This document shows positions 27,857 to 35,808 of a DNA stretch of 64,000 nucleotides, one piece after another. The notes beneath the pieces were generated by a model. It was not told the DNA's origin and did not search any database. It saw only the letters and a list, made by a program, of their open reading frames with translations. The stretch is from an uncultured Oscillospiraceae bacterium (GTDB lineage Bacteria; Bacillota; Clostridia; Oscillospirales; JAAYXM01), in the NCBI GenBank assembly GCA_934446465.1, contig CAKSEF010000002.1:2083-66082 (forward strand), written 5' to 3'. Every line of letters starts with the position of its first letter. Position 1 is the first letter of the stretch. The position numbers and the translations under genes are program-made.

Positions 27857-28053
27857 GCATAGCTTTTTTGATTCTCGGGGCGGTGATATTTGCCGCCGGA
27901 GTTATGTTTGAAAGATTCGACCTCTCATCTCTGAATTACGGAAACGGACGAAAATATGAAAACATACCTAAGAATATAAACCTCACAAAACAGTGGGAGA
28001 ACCTTCTCGGATATGACGGAACGGCAAAGGAGGAAGAAAATGACAGTGAATAA
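27853..28053 (+). CDS. Hypothetical 66-aa single-pass membrane protein
   Basis: The GTG start overlaps the previous stop (GTGA). The TM helix is IAFLILGAVIFAAGVMF and the C-terminus is acidic. Confidence 0.4.
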   Translation: MSIAFLILGAVIFAAGVMFERFDLSSLNYGNGRKYENIPKNINLTKQWENLLGYDGTAKEEENDSE

Positions 28054-29557
28054 GGCGCCGGCCGATATTTGGCGCGAGTATAAGGAATGTGTTGCGTATA
28101 ACCGCTCGATAAATCTCTATGAAAACGTAAAGAAAAACGAAAACTTTTATATCGGCAAACAGTGGGAGGGACTCCGTGCGCCCGACCTCGCAAAGCCTGT
28201 CATCAATATACTCAGACGTGTGGTAACTTACTTCATATCCATGATAGTTGCCGACGATATAGGCGTATCGTTCACGCCGTTTACGGACACGCCCGAGCTC
28301 CGCCAAAAAGCGGATATCTGGGCGGGTGAGGCGGAAAAAGTAATAGAGCTTGCCTGCGTAAAGGAAAAATCACGCGAAATAATCAGAAACGCCGCGGTAG
28401 ACGGCGACGGGATAATGTATTTCTATTTTGACCCGAACGCCGAAACGGGTCAGCTCGCAAAGGGAAGAATAGAGTGCGAGGTGCTGGGAAACACAAGTGT
28501 CCTGTTCGCTAACCCCTATTCCTCCGACTTGCAGAAACAGCCGTATATAATAATCGAAATGCGGAAAGAAATAGAAAGCGTGCGCGATGAGGCAATAGAG
28601 TTCGGAATGAGTGAGGAGGAAGCCGAGGAAATAACGCCCGATAACGCGGAGGAATCCTTCGGGACACACTCGGGCTACGGTGACCGGCTCGTTACCGTAC
28701 TTATCAAATTCTGGCGCGAAAACGGAACTGTCCACGCGGTAAAGACGACGAAAAAGCATATCATACGAGAGGAATGGGACACGGGATATCACAGATATCC
28801 GCTGGCGTGCATGATGTGGGAGCGGGCAAAAAACTCCTGCCGAGGAATAAGCGCACTCGAAGCAATGATTCCGAATCAGATAAGCATAAACCAGCTCTAT
28901 GCAATGGCGATTCACTCGGTTAAGATGTGCGCTTTCCCGAAAATGATATATGACGCAACAAAAATTTCGGCATGGTCAAATAAGGTCGGACAGGCAATAG
29001 GCGTAATCGGAAACCCGAACGAGGCGGTTGCGTCGTCGTTCCGCGGGGCGGATATGTCGGGGCAGGTGCTTGAACTTATATCGCGCCTTATACAGGATAC
29101 AGTCGACTTTATGGGTGCGTCGGACTCGGCACTCGGGACGGTAAAACCGAACAATACATCGGCAATCATTGCAACGCAGAAAACAACGACAATGCCGCTC
29201 GAACTCCAAAAGCTTGAATACCAGCGCTTTACGGAGGACTACGTAAGAGTAATTATCGACATGATTGCAACAGACTACGGAATCCGCGAGACTGCATTAA
29301 CGGCGGACGGTGAGAAAACCACCGTATGCTACGACTTCTCCGCGGGAGAAACTGCCGGGCTTCAGATGCGCATAGACATCGGGTCGTCAGCGTATTGGAG
29401 CGAGCTTATGCAGGTCGAGACAATGGACAACCTTTTCTCAAAGGGAATTATAACGGATGTTTTGACATATCTTGAAAGCATACCCGAAAAATACCTCAGG
29501 AACAAGGAAAAGATTATTGCAAAAATAAAGAACGGCACAATGCAAAACGCCGAATAG
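28040..29557 (+). CDS. Phage portal protein (SPP1 gp6-like type)
   Basis: The ATG at 28040 follows AAGGAGGAAG. 505 aa with the N-terminal motif NENFYIGKQWEG and a length and overall pattern typical of portals. Confidence 0.7.
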   Translation: MTVNKAPADIWREYKECVAYNRSINLYENVKKNENFYIGKQWEGLRAPDLAKPVINILRRVVTYFISMIVADDIGVSFTPFTDTPELRQKADIWAGEAEKVIELACVKEKSREIIRNAAVDGDGIMYFYFDPNAETGQLAKGRIECEVLGNTSVLFANPYSSDLQKQPYIIIEMRKEIESVRDEAIEFGMSEEEAEEITPDNAEESFGTHSGYGDRLVTVLIKFWRENGTVHAVKTTKKHIIREEWDTGYHRYPLACMMWERAKNSCRGISALEAMIPNQISINQLYAMAIHSVKMCAFPKMIYDATKISAWSNKVGQAIGVIGNPNEAVASSFRGADMSGQVLELISRLIQDTVDFMGASDSALGTVKPNNTSAIIATQKTTTMPLELQKLEYQRFTEDYVRVIIDMIATDYGIRETALTADGEKTTVCYDFSAGETAGLQMRIDIGSSAYWSELMQVETMDNLFSKGIITDVLTYLESIPEKYLRNKEKIIAKIKNGTMQNAE

Positions 29558-29564
29558 AATTTAT

Positions 29565-29594
29565 GCACGGAGAAATTTTCTCCGTGCATTTTTT
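29565..29594 (+). terminator. Intrinsic terminator at the right boundary of the phage-like module
   Basis: The perfect 10-bp stem GCACGGAGAA / TTCTCCGTGC has a 3-nt loop and is followed by ATTTTTTA. Confidence 0.75.
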
Positions 29595-29611
29595 ACTCTC
29601 TGTAAAAATAA

Positions 29612-29640
29612 TTGTAAAAAGACAAAATATATGGTAAAAT
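29612..29640 (+). promoter_or_regulatory. Putative sigma-A promoter of tsaE-tsaB-rpiB-proB
   Basis: TTGTAA, a 17-nt spacer, then TAAAAT, lying 30 nt upstream of the tsaE start. Confidence 0.4.
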
Positions 29641-29669
29641 AGACAACATACGGAAACGGCGGTGGAAAG

Positions 29670-30098
29670 ATGAAGTATATATCACACAGCGAAAGCGAAA
29701 CGGAAAGGATAGGCGGGGAATTTGCAAAGAAGCTCTGCGCGGGAAGCATAGTCGCCATGCTCGGCGGTATGGGCTTGGGAAAGACCGCGTTTGTGCGCGG
29801 ACTCGCCCGCGGTCTCGGGACGGCGGAGCGCGTTACAAGCCCGACCTACACCATTGTAAACGAGTACGACACCGTTCCTCCTCTTTTCCACTTCGATTTA
29901 TATCGCCTCTCCGGCGCCGAGGATTTATTCGGAATCGGCTTTGACGATTACATTGCCCGCCGCGGAATCTGCGTAATTGAATGGTTTGAAAATGCCGAAG
30001 GGGAATATCAGCCCACACATACGGTAGAAATCTCCCGCGGTGAGGACGAAAACTCGCGCGTTATAAATATTACATTTGCTTCGGGGGTAGAAGAATGA
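29670..30098 (+). CDS. tsaE: tRNA t6A37 biosynthesis ATPase TsaE
   Basis: 142 aa with the P-loop GGMGLGKT and the motifs SPTYTIVNEY and HFDLYRL. Confidence 0.9.
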   Translation: MKYISHSESETERIGGEFAKKLCAGSIVAMLGGMGLGKTAFVRGLARGLGTAERVTSPTYTIVNEYDTVPPLFHFDLYRLSGAEDLFGIGFDDYIARRGICVIEWFENAEGEYQPTHTVEISRGEDENSRVINITFASGVEE

Positions 30099-30775
30099 AA
30101 GTTCTCGCAATAGATTCTTCGTCGAAATCGGCGTCCGTCGCCGTGTGCGAAGACGGAAATCTTGTCGGCGAAGTATTCCTAAACTGCGGTCTCACACACA
30201 GCGTTACAATAATGCCGTCGGTTGAATGGCTGTTTTCAATGCTCGGCATGAAGCCGTCGGACTTGGACCTGATTGCGATTGCGGCGGGGCCGGGGTCGTT
30301 TACGGGGCTCAGAATCGGCGCATCCGTCGCCAAAGGACTTGCGTTTCTGAGCAATATTCCGTGTGCCGCCGTGTCAACGCTTCGCGCGCTTGCGCAGAAT
30401 CTGGCGCACATTGACGGAATCATCTGCACAGTTATGGACGCACGCGCAAATCAGGTATATAATGCCATTTTTAAAGCCGAGAACGGAAAGATAATCCGAA
30501 TAACGGAGGACAGGGCAACTCTTGTTCCCGAGCTCTGCCGTGAGCTTTGCGGATATGAAAACGTAACCTTGGTAGGAGACGGCGCAGGCATTGTAAAAGA
30601 GGCCTCGGAGAAGACGCTTTCGACAGCGCCTGAAGGTCTTATGTATCTGAGAGCGGGGAGCATCGCCGCGGCGGCGGAGGAATGTGAAAAAATACCCGCA
30701 TCGGAGCTTGTTCCGATGTATTTGAAGCTTCCGAAAGCCGAGCGTGAAAGAATAGAGAAAAACAGAAAAGGATGA
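30095..30775 (+). CDS. tsaB: tRNA t6A37 biosynthesis protein TsaB
   Basis: 226 aa with MKVLAIDSSS and GPGSFTGLRIG. The start overlaps the tsaE stop. Confidence 0.9.
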   Translation: MKVLAIDSSSKSASVAVCEDGNLVGEVFLNCGLTHSVTIMPSVEWLFSMLGMKPSDLDLIAIAAGPGSFTGLRIGASVAKGLAFLSNIPCAAVSTLRALAQNLAHIDGIICTVMDARANQVYNAIFKAENGKIIRITEDRATLVPELCRELCGYENVTLVGDGAGIVKEASEKTLSTAPEGLMYLRAGSIAAAAEECEKIPASELVPMYLKLPKAERERIEKNRKG

Positions 30776-30782
30776 GTGTATT

Positions 30783-31235
30783 ATGAAAATTGCAATCGGC
30801 GCAGACAGCGCAGGTTATTCAATGAAGGAAAAAATAAAGAAACATCTTGCAGATCGCGGAGTTGAAACGGTTGATTTCGGAACTGATTCGGAAGCGTCCT
30901 GCCATTACCCGGAGTTTGCATATAAGGTATCGAAGTGCGTTTCGGAAAAAGGGGCTGATTTCGGAATACTCGTCTGCGGAACGGGAATCGGAATGAGCAT
31001 TGCGGCAAACAAGGTCCGAGGAATCCGTGCGGCGGTAGTAAGCGAGCATTTTTCGGCAAAGTGTACGCGCGTCCACAACGATTCAAACGTGCTTTGTCTC
31101 GGCGCGCGCGTAATAGGCGAGGGAATAGCGCTTGAGCTTGTCGATGTTTTTATTGACACTGCTCCCGAGGGCGGGAGACACGCAAAGCGCGTGAACATGA
31201 TAACGGAAATCGAAAACGGAACATATACGGAATAA
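30783..31235 (+). CDS. rpiB: Ribose-5-phosphate isomerase B
   Basis: 150 aa with MKIAIGADSAGY and the LacAB/RpiB signature VCGTGIGMSIAANK. Confidence 0.9.
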   Translation: MKIAIGADSAGYSMKEKIKKHLADRGVETVDFGTDSEASCHYPEFAYKVSKCVSEKGADFGILVCGTGIGMSIAANKVRGIRAAVVSEHFSAKCTRVHNDSNVLCLGARVIGEGIALELVDVFIDTAPEGGRHAKRVNMITEIENGTYTE

Positions 31236-31247
31236 GAGGGGATTTAA

Positions 31248-32030
31248 GTGTTTTCTTCAAGAGATATAAAGCGAATTGTTATTAAAATCGGAACTTCGTC
31301 TCTTACGCACAAGACGGGAAGACTCGACTTTGCGCGTTTGGAGAGACTCGCCCGCGCTCTTGCCGATATCAAGAATACGGGGCTTGACGTTGCGCTCGTG
31401 ACATCCGGTGCAATAGGCGTCGGAATGAGCAAGCTCGGCATGACGGCGAGACCGCGGGAGCTTATGTACAAGCAGGCGGCGGCGTCCGTCGGGCAATGCG
31501 AGCTTATGCACATTTACGATAAGTTCTTTCTTGACTACTCACAGGTTGTCGGGCAGATACTCATAACAAAAAATGACATAACTCAGCCGGAGCGCAGAAA
31601 AATGATAGAGGATACATTTGAGGCACTGTTTGAACTCGGGGCAATCCCCGTTGTAAATGAGAATGACTCGGTCGGGGTAGAGGAAATACTGTTCGGCGAC
31701 AACGACAGTCTGTCGGCAGAGGTTGCCGTGCTTGCAAAGGCAGACCTGCTTATAATTTTCTCGGATATCGACGGGCTTTACGACAGCAACCCGAATGAGA
31801 ATGAAAATGCAAAGGTAATCCCGCTTGTGAACGGGGTTGACGAGCATATACGCAGTATTGCGGGAGGGGCGGGAACGAGCCTCGGTACGGGAGGAATGGT
31901 TACAAAAATCCATGCCGCGGAAATCTGTCTTGAAAACGGGATTCCGATGGTAATAACAAACGGCGCGCATATTGAAAATGTATACGACATAATCGCAGGA
32001 AAAATCTGCGGAACTCTGTTTATGAAATAA
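31248..32030 (+). CDS. proB: Glutamate 5-kinase (short form without PUA domain)
   Basis: 260 aa with a GTG start and the motifs IKIGTSSLT, VTSGAIGVG and NENDSV. Confidence 0.9.
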   Translation: MFSSRDIKRIVIKIGTSSLTHKTGRLDFARLERLARALADIKNTGLDVALVTSGAIGVGMSKLGMTARPRELMYKQAAASVGQCELMHIYDKFFLDYSQVVGQILITKNDITQPERRKMIEDTFEALFELGAIPVVNENDSVGVEEILFGDNDSLSAEVAVLAKADLLIIFSDIDGLYDSNPNENENAKVIPLVNGVDEHIRSIAGGAGTSLGTGGMVTKIHAAEICLENGIPMVITNGAHIENVYDIIAGKICGTLFMK

Positions 32031-32034
32031 AAAA

Positions 32035-32075
32035 ACATCCTCCGCTTTATTTTAGCAGCGGAGGGTGTTTTTTTA
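32035..32075. terminator. Bidirectional terminator between proB and the convergent deacetylase gene
   Basis: The stem ACATCCTCCGCT / AGCGGAGGGTGT (one G-U pair) is followed by TTTTTTT and preceded by AAAAAA. Confidence 0.7.
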
Positions 32076-33389
32076 CATGGGCGGAACGGGGACGGGACGC
32101 GCCTTATCAAACACCTTGTTTACGTCAAACAGGTCGGAAAGATAGTCCTTTTTGTCATTTATCATATCATAGTACATTCGGTATCCGTCAAGATTTCTGC
32201 GGCCCTGACGCACATAATTACTGCCGATTTGAAGCCATGCCTTCGAGCTGTCCACGTTGCAGAAATAGTCAAAGCCCATTGATTTGAGGAAGGCAAAACG
32301 CTCGTTCGTGTCGGAATACTTATGCCAATCTCCGATATCGGAGCCGAACGGGAATATGAGAATGTCGGTGTCCCCGATTATCGATTCGACCTCGTTCTTC
32401 CAGCGTGTCGAGTCGGTTTTCAAATCCTCAAATTTCATTGTTTTCATATTTCGGTGGCCCCAACTGTGGCTTGCAAATTCCCAGCCGTCGGCGCGCAGGG
32501 CTTCGGCGACCTTTTTGGCATTTTCGCAGTCCTCGGCATATGTCGGATTGTCGTTGTAAGACGGGCAGGTGCGGTAGCCCATTACACCGTTGTACCCCGT
32601 AAATGCGAGGATGCCCTTCGCTCCCTTGTAGGAAAAGTCGGGATGCTCGCGAACGAAGGAATCAAGTATCGGAACAACGTCATATTCGCCGTATACAAAT
32701 GTTCCGTCGTCCTGTTTCATCGCACAGGTGGGGTTTCCGTCATCCCCGATGACTATGCGCGACGCGAACCCGTCGCCCTCCATATATTCGTAATAGCATA
32801 CATCATCGACGGAAAGTACAAACGGACGCTTGCCTGCGGGAAGCATAATTTTACCCGGCTTGAATGTTCCGTCGGGTTGTTTTTCCGCAATGTCATGCAG
32901 AGAAACGAGAACGTAGCCTTTCTGATACATCTGCTCGAGTATTGCACGAAATTCGGCTATCGTGGTCATGACCTGATTATAGCCGGCTTCCCTTGTGTCG
33001 CCGTCAAACGCCTTTGACGTGTCGGCGATGAGTGAATGGAAAAACACATGCGGTATTGAATAGATATCCGCGGGGGCGAGCTTGTTCTTCTCGGAGTTAA
33101 TCCGCTCATACGCGGAAATTGCTTCGTCGCTGTCGTATCTCCCGAGGAGCGCGAGCGCTTCGTCATATTCGTACTGCCGGCACATGCTGTCCGCGCGGTA
33201 TATCTCGTTTGCAATAAGAGAATCCTTTACGCTGACCCATGCGTCCAGGATTTTCGGAGGCCTTCTTTTATTTACCGTTATAAGAGAATTAACGGCGAGC
33301 ACAAGAGCATATACCGCCGCGGCGAGAATCAATGTTGAAACAATAATGAGTATGACACGGCTTTTCCTGTCAGATGAAACCAAACGCAT
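32073..33389 (-). CDS. Membrane-anchored polysaccharide deacetylase family protein
   Basis: The ATG at 33389 follows GGAGGGAG; the track start at 33476 has no RBS. There is an N-terminal TM helix. The motifs LSVDDV and FASHSWGHRNM are typical of the polysaccharide deacetylase fold. Confidence 0.7.
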   Translation of the reverse strand: MRLVSSDRKSRVILIIVSTLILAAAVYALVLAVNSLITVNKRRPPKILDAWVSVKDSLIANEIYRADSMCRQYEYDEALALLGRYDSDEAISAYERINSEKNKLAPADIYSIPHVFFHSLIADTSKAFDGDTREAGYNQVMTTIAEFRAILEQMYQKGYVLVSLHDIAEKQPDGTFKPGKIMLPAGKRPFVLSVDDVCYYEYMEGDGFASRIVIGDDGNPTCAMKQDDGTFVYGEYDVVPILDSFVREHPDFSYKGAKGILAFTGYNGVMGYRTCPSYNDNPTYAEDCENAKKVAEALRADGWEFASHSWGHRNMKTMKFEDLKTDSTRWKNEVESIIGDTDILIFPFGSDIGDWHKYSDTNERFAFLKSMGFDYFCNVDSSKAWLQIGSNYVRQGRRNLDGYRMYYDMINDKKDYLSDLFDVNKVFDKARPVPVPPM

Positions 33390-33471
33390 AAGAAACTCCC
33401 TCCGTTCGACATATTTTGCCTTTACTTTAGTATATAGCAAACACAGCGAATAAGTCAAATTACAATTTGGA

Positions 33472-33510
33472 AACAAAAAATATTCCCCGAAACCGAAGTT
33501 TTCGGGGAAT
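33472..33510 (-). terminator. glmS intrinsic terminator
   Basis: The 11-bp perfect stem ATTCCCCGAAA / TTTCGGGGAAT is followed on the minus strand by ATTTTTTGTTT. Confidence 0.8.
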
Positions 33511-33520
33511 GGTTTTGTAT

Positions 33521-35347
33521 TTATTCAACGGTAACGGATTTTGCGAGATTCCTCGGCTTGTCAACATTGCATCCGCGGTAAACGGCTATATAATAAGCGA
33601 ATATCTGCATCGCAACAACCGAAAGCGACGGCGAGAATTTCTCAAAGCAATCGGGAACAATGAAGAGATTATCGGAAACTTCTTTGAGCATCTCGGCGTT
33701 TGATTCGGACGCGATTGTGAGAACGTTCGCACCGCGCGCCTTAACCTCGCGTATATTGCTTATCATTTTTTCGGCAAGCTCGGACTGCGTAACTATCGCG
33801 ACAACAAGAGTGTCATCCTGTATGAGAGCTATCGTTCCGTGCTTCAGCTCGCCTGCGGCATACGCCTCGCTCCGTATATAGGAAATTTCCTTTAGCTTAA
33901 GAGAACCCTCAAGCCCCGCCGCATAGTCAACTCCGCGGCCGAGGAAGAATATATCCTTGTGATTGTGGAACTGCGATGCAAAATATTGCAATTTCTCTAC
34001 CTGAGATATTACGCTTTCTATCTTCTCGGGAAGAAGAAGCAGCTCGTTTGCAAGCGCCGCTTCGCCGTCGGCGGTTATGTAACCGCGCACGCCACTGAGC
34101 TTCACTGCGATAAGATAGAGGAGCGAAAGCTGAGTCGAATAGGCCTTTGTCGTCGCAACCGCGATTTCGGGGCCTGCCCACGTATACAGAACATAGTCCG
34201 CCTCGCGCGCAATGGTGCTTCCGACAACATTGATAATCGCAAGCGTTTTAACTCCGTGCTTTTTTGCTTCACGGAGCGCGGCGAGTGAATCCGCGGTCTC
34301 GCCCGACTGGCTGATAATGATGCAAAGGTCATTTTCGGAGAGAATGGGGTCGCGGTAACGGAACTCAGACGCAAGGTCGCATTCCGTCGGCACTTTCGCC
34401 ATGTTTTCTATTATATATTTGCCGACCATACCCGTGTGGTATGCGGAACCGCATGCCACTATGTGAATACGTGAAAGATTCTTGAAAAAATCATACGGAA
34501 TATCCGTATCAAGCGCAATGTGCCCGTTTTCGATGCGCGGGGAAATTGTATCGCGGACGGCTTTCGGCTGCTCGTGGATTTCTTTGAGCATGAAATGCTC
34601 ATATCCGCCCTTTTCCGCCGCTTCAACGTTCCAGTTAACGGTCATGCGTTCTTTCTCAATCGGTTCAAGGTCGGAATTGTAAACGGTAACCGAGTCTTTG
34701 GAGAGGCGGACGATTTCGCCGTCGTCAATCGTGTAGTAATCGCGCGTGCGGGCAAGAAATGCAGGTATATCCGACGCAATAAAGTTTTCGCCCTCGCCGA
34801 GTCCGACAATTAAGGGCGAGTCGCGGCGCGCGGCGATTATTTCGCCGGGAAGGTCCGCACACAAAACGCCAAGGGCGTAGGAACCGCGCACCTTTGATAT
34901 GACTTTGCAGAGCGCTTCCATAATATCGCCCTTGTAATAGTAATTGAGAAGATGAGCAATTACCTCCGTGTCCGTCTCGGAAAGGAAGTGATACCCGCGT
35001 TTTATAAGACGTTCTTTTATTTCGGCATAGTTTTCGATAATGCCGTTGTGAACTACCGCTATTCTTCCGTCCTCTGAGAGATGCGGGTGCGAGTTTTCGT
35101 CGGTGGGCTCGCCGTGTGTTGCCCAGCGCGTATGACCTATTCCGCAGGTAGAAGTGAGGTGTTTTGCTTCACTCAGCTTGCGTTCGAGGTCCGAAATTCT
35201 TCCGTGGGTCTTTACCACCTTGATATCGTCATTGTCAAAAACGGCGATTCCCGCAGAGTCATATCCGCGGTATTCAAGTCGCTTAAGTCCATTAACAAGT
35301 ACAGGGAGCGCATCTGCACTTCCTGTGAAACCAACTATTCCACACAT
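33521..35347 (-). CDS. glmS: Glutamine--fructose-6-phosphate aminotransferase
   Basis: The true start is MCGIVGF (N-terminal Cys) at 35347. There are two SIS domains and the C-terminus is KSVTVE. Confidence 0.95.
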   Translation of the reverse strand: MCGIVGFTGSADALPVLVNGLKRLEYRGYDSAGIAVFDNDDIKVVKTHGRISDLERKLSEAKHLTSTCGIGHTRWATHGEPTDENSHPHLSEDGRIAVVHNGIIENYAEIKERLIKRGYHFLSETDTEVIAHLLNYYYKGDIMEALCKVISKVRGSYALGVLCADLPGEIIAARRDSPLIVGLGEGENFIASDIPAFLARTRDYYTIDDGEIVRLSKDSVTVYNSDLEPIEKERMTVNWNVEAAEKGGYEHFMLKEIHEQPKAVRDTISPRIENGHIALDTDIPYDFFKNLSRIHIVACGSAYHTGMVGKYIIENMAKVPTECDLASEFRYRDPILSENDLCIIISQSGETADSLAALREAKKHGVKTLAIINVVGSTIAREADYVLYTWAGPEIAVATTKAYSTQLSLLYLIAVKLSGVRGYITADGEAALANELLLLPEKIESVISQVEKLQYFASQFHNHKDIFFLGRGVDYAAGLEGSLKLKEISYIRSEAYAAGELKHGTIALIQDDTLVVAIVTQSELAEKMISNIREVKARGANVLTIASESNAEMLKEVSDNLFIVPDCFEKFSPSLSVVAMQIFAYYIAVYRGCNVDKPRNLAKSVTVE

Positions 35348-35419
35348 AATTAAAAATCCTTTCAAAAAAAGGGGACAAAATTCCCCGACGGCAAGATATG
35401 AGTAGATTTAAGATGCCGT

Positions 35420-35612
35420 CTCTGCCGCAGGCATATCCGTTGTCCCTGTCGTTGCCGACAGTATTTGTGATATGCCCCCATCGACCCGCAGCAGGATGGG
35501 TCGGGGAGTATCCGCCGAAAACTTCGATACACAAGGCAAAGCGCTTTGTGCTTCTCCCACCTCGTCAACCCGAACAGTGTCTCCGCATACATCGGGTTCT
35601 GGCGCTGAACAT
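35420..35612 (-). ncRNA. glmS ribozyme: glmS ribozyme (GlcN6P-dependent self-cleaving riboswitch)
   Basis: The minus strand reads ...GTTCAGCGCCAGAACCCGATG...GGGTTGACGAGGTGGGAGAAGC...CGAAGTTTTCGGCGGATACTCCCCGACCC.... These segments contain the hallmark AGCGCCAGAAC cleavage-site core, the GACGAGG element and the UUCGGCGGAU element. The region lies directly upstream of glmS. Confidence 0.9.
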
Positions 35613-35659
35613 ACACCGCCTAACCGATAAACATCACTTCCTTTCTCAATGCTAAAAGA

Positions 35660-35688
35660 AGTATACAACAACCCGTCGTGTTTTGCAA
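35660..35688 (-). promoter_or_regulatory. Putative glmS promoter
   Basis: On the minus strand, TTGCAA, a 17-nt spacer and TATACT lie about 50 nt upstream of the ribozyme core. Confidence 0.45.
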
Positions 35689-35719
35689 CATAAATTTTCG
35701 TTTCGGGCGCAAATAGATG

Positions 35720-35748
35720 TTGTGTTTTGAAAAAAATTGTAATATAAT
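35720..35748 (+). promoter_or_regulatory. Putative promoter of the lipoprotein/two-component operon
   Basis: TTGTGT, a 17-nt spacer and TATAAT, divergent from the glmS promoter. Confidence 0.4.
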
Positions 35749-35808
35749 AAACGATGTATAGGAATGCGGAAAAACAATGATTTTTTATGCGGAAAGGTTT
35801 TAAAGCAC

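Larger units (their letters stand above)
22976..29557 (+). mobile_element. Prophage-derived packaging/portal module (7 intact ORFs); either a truncated remnant or a retained unit
   Basis: It holds a TerS-like protein, TerL, four unknown proteins and a portal. The genes are tightly coupled, bounded by two terminators and flanked by core genes. No capsid, tail, lysis or integrase genes are adjacent. Confidence 0.6.
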
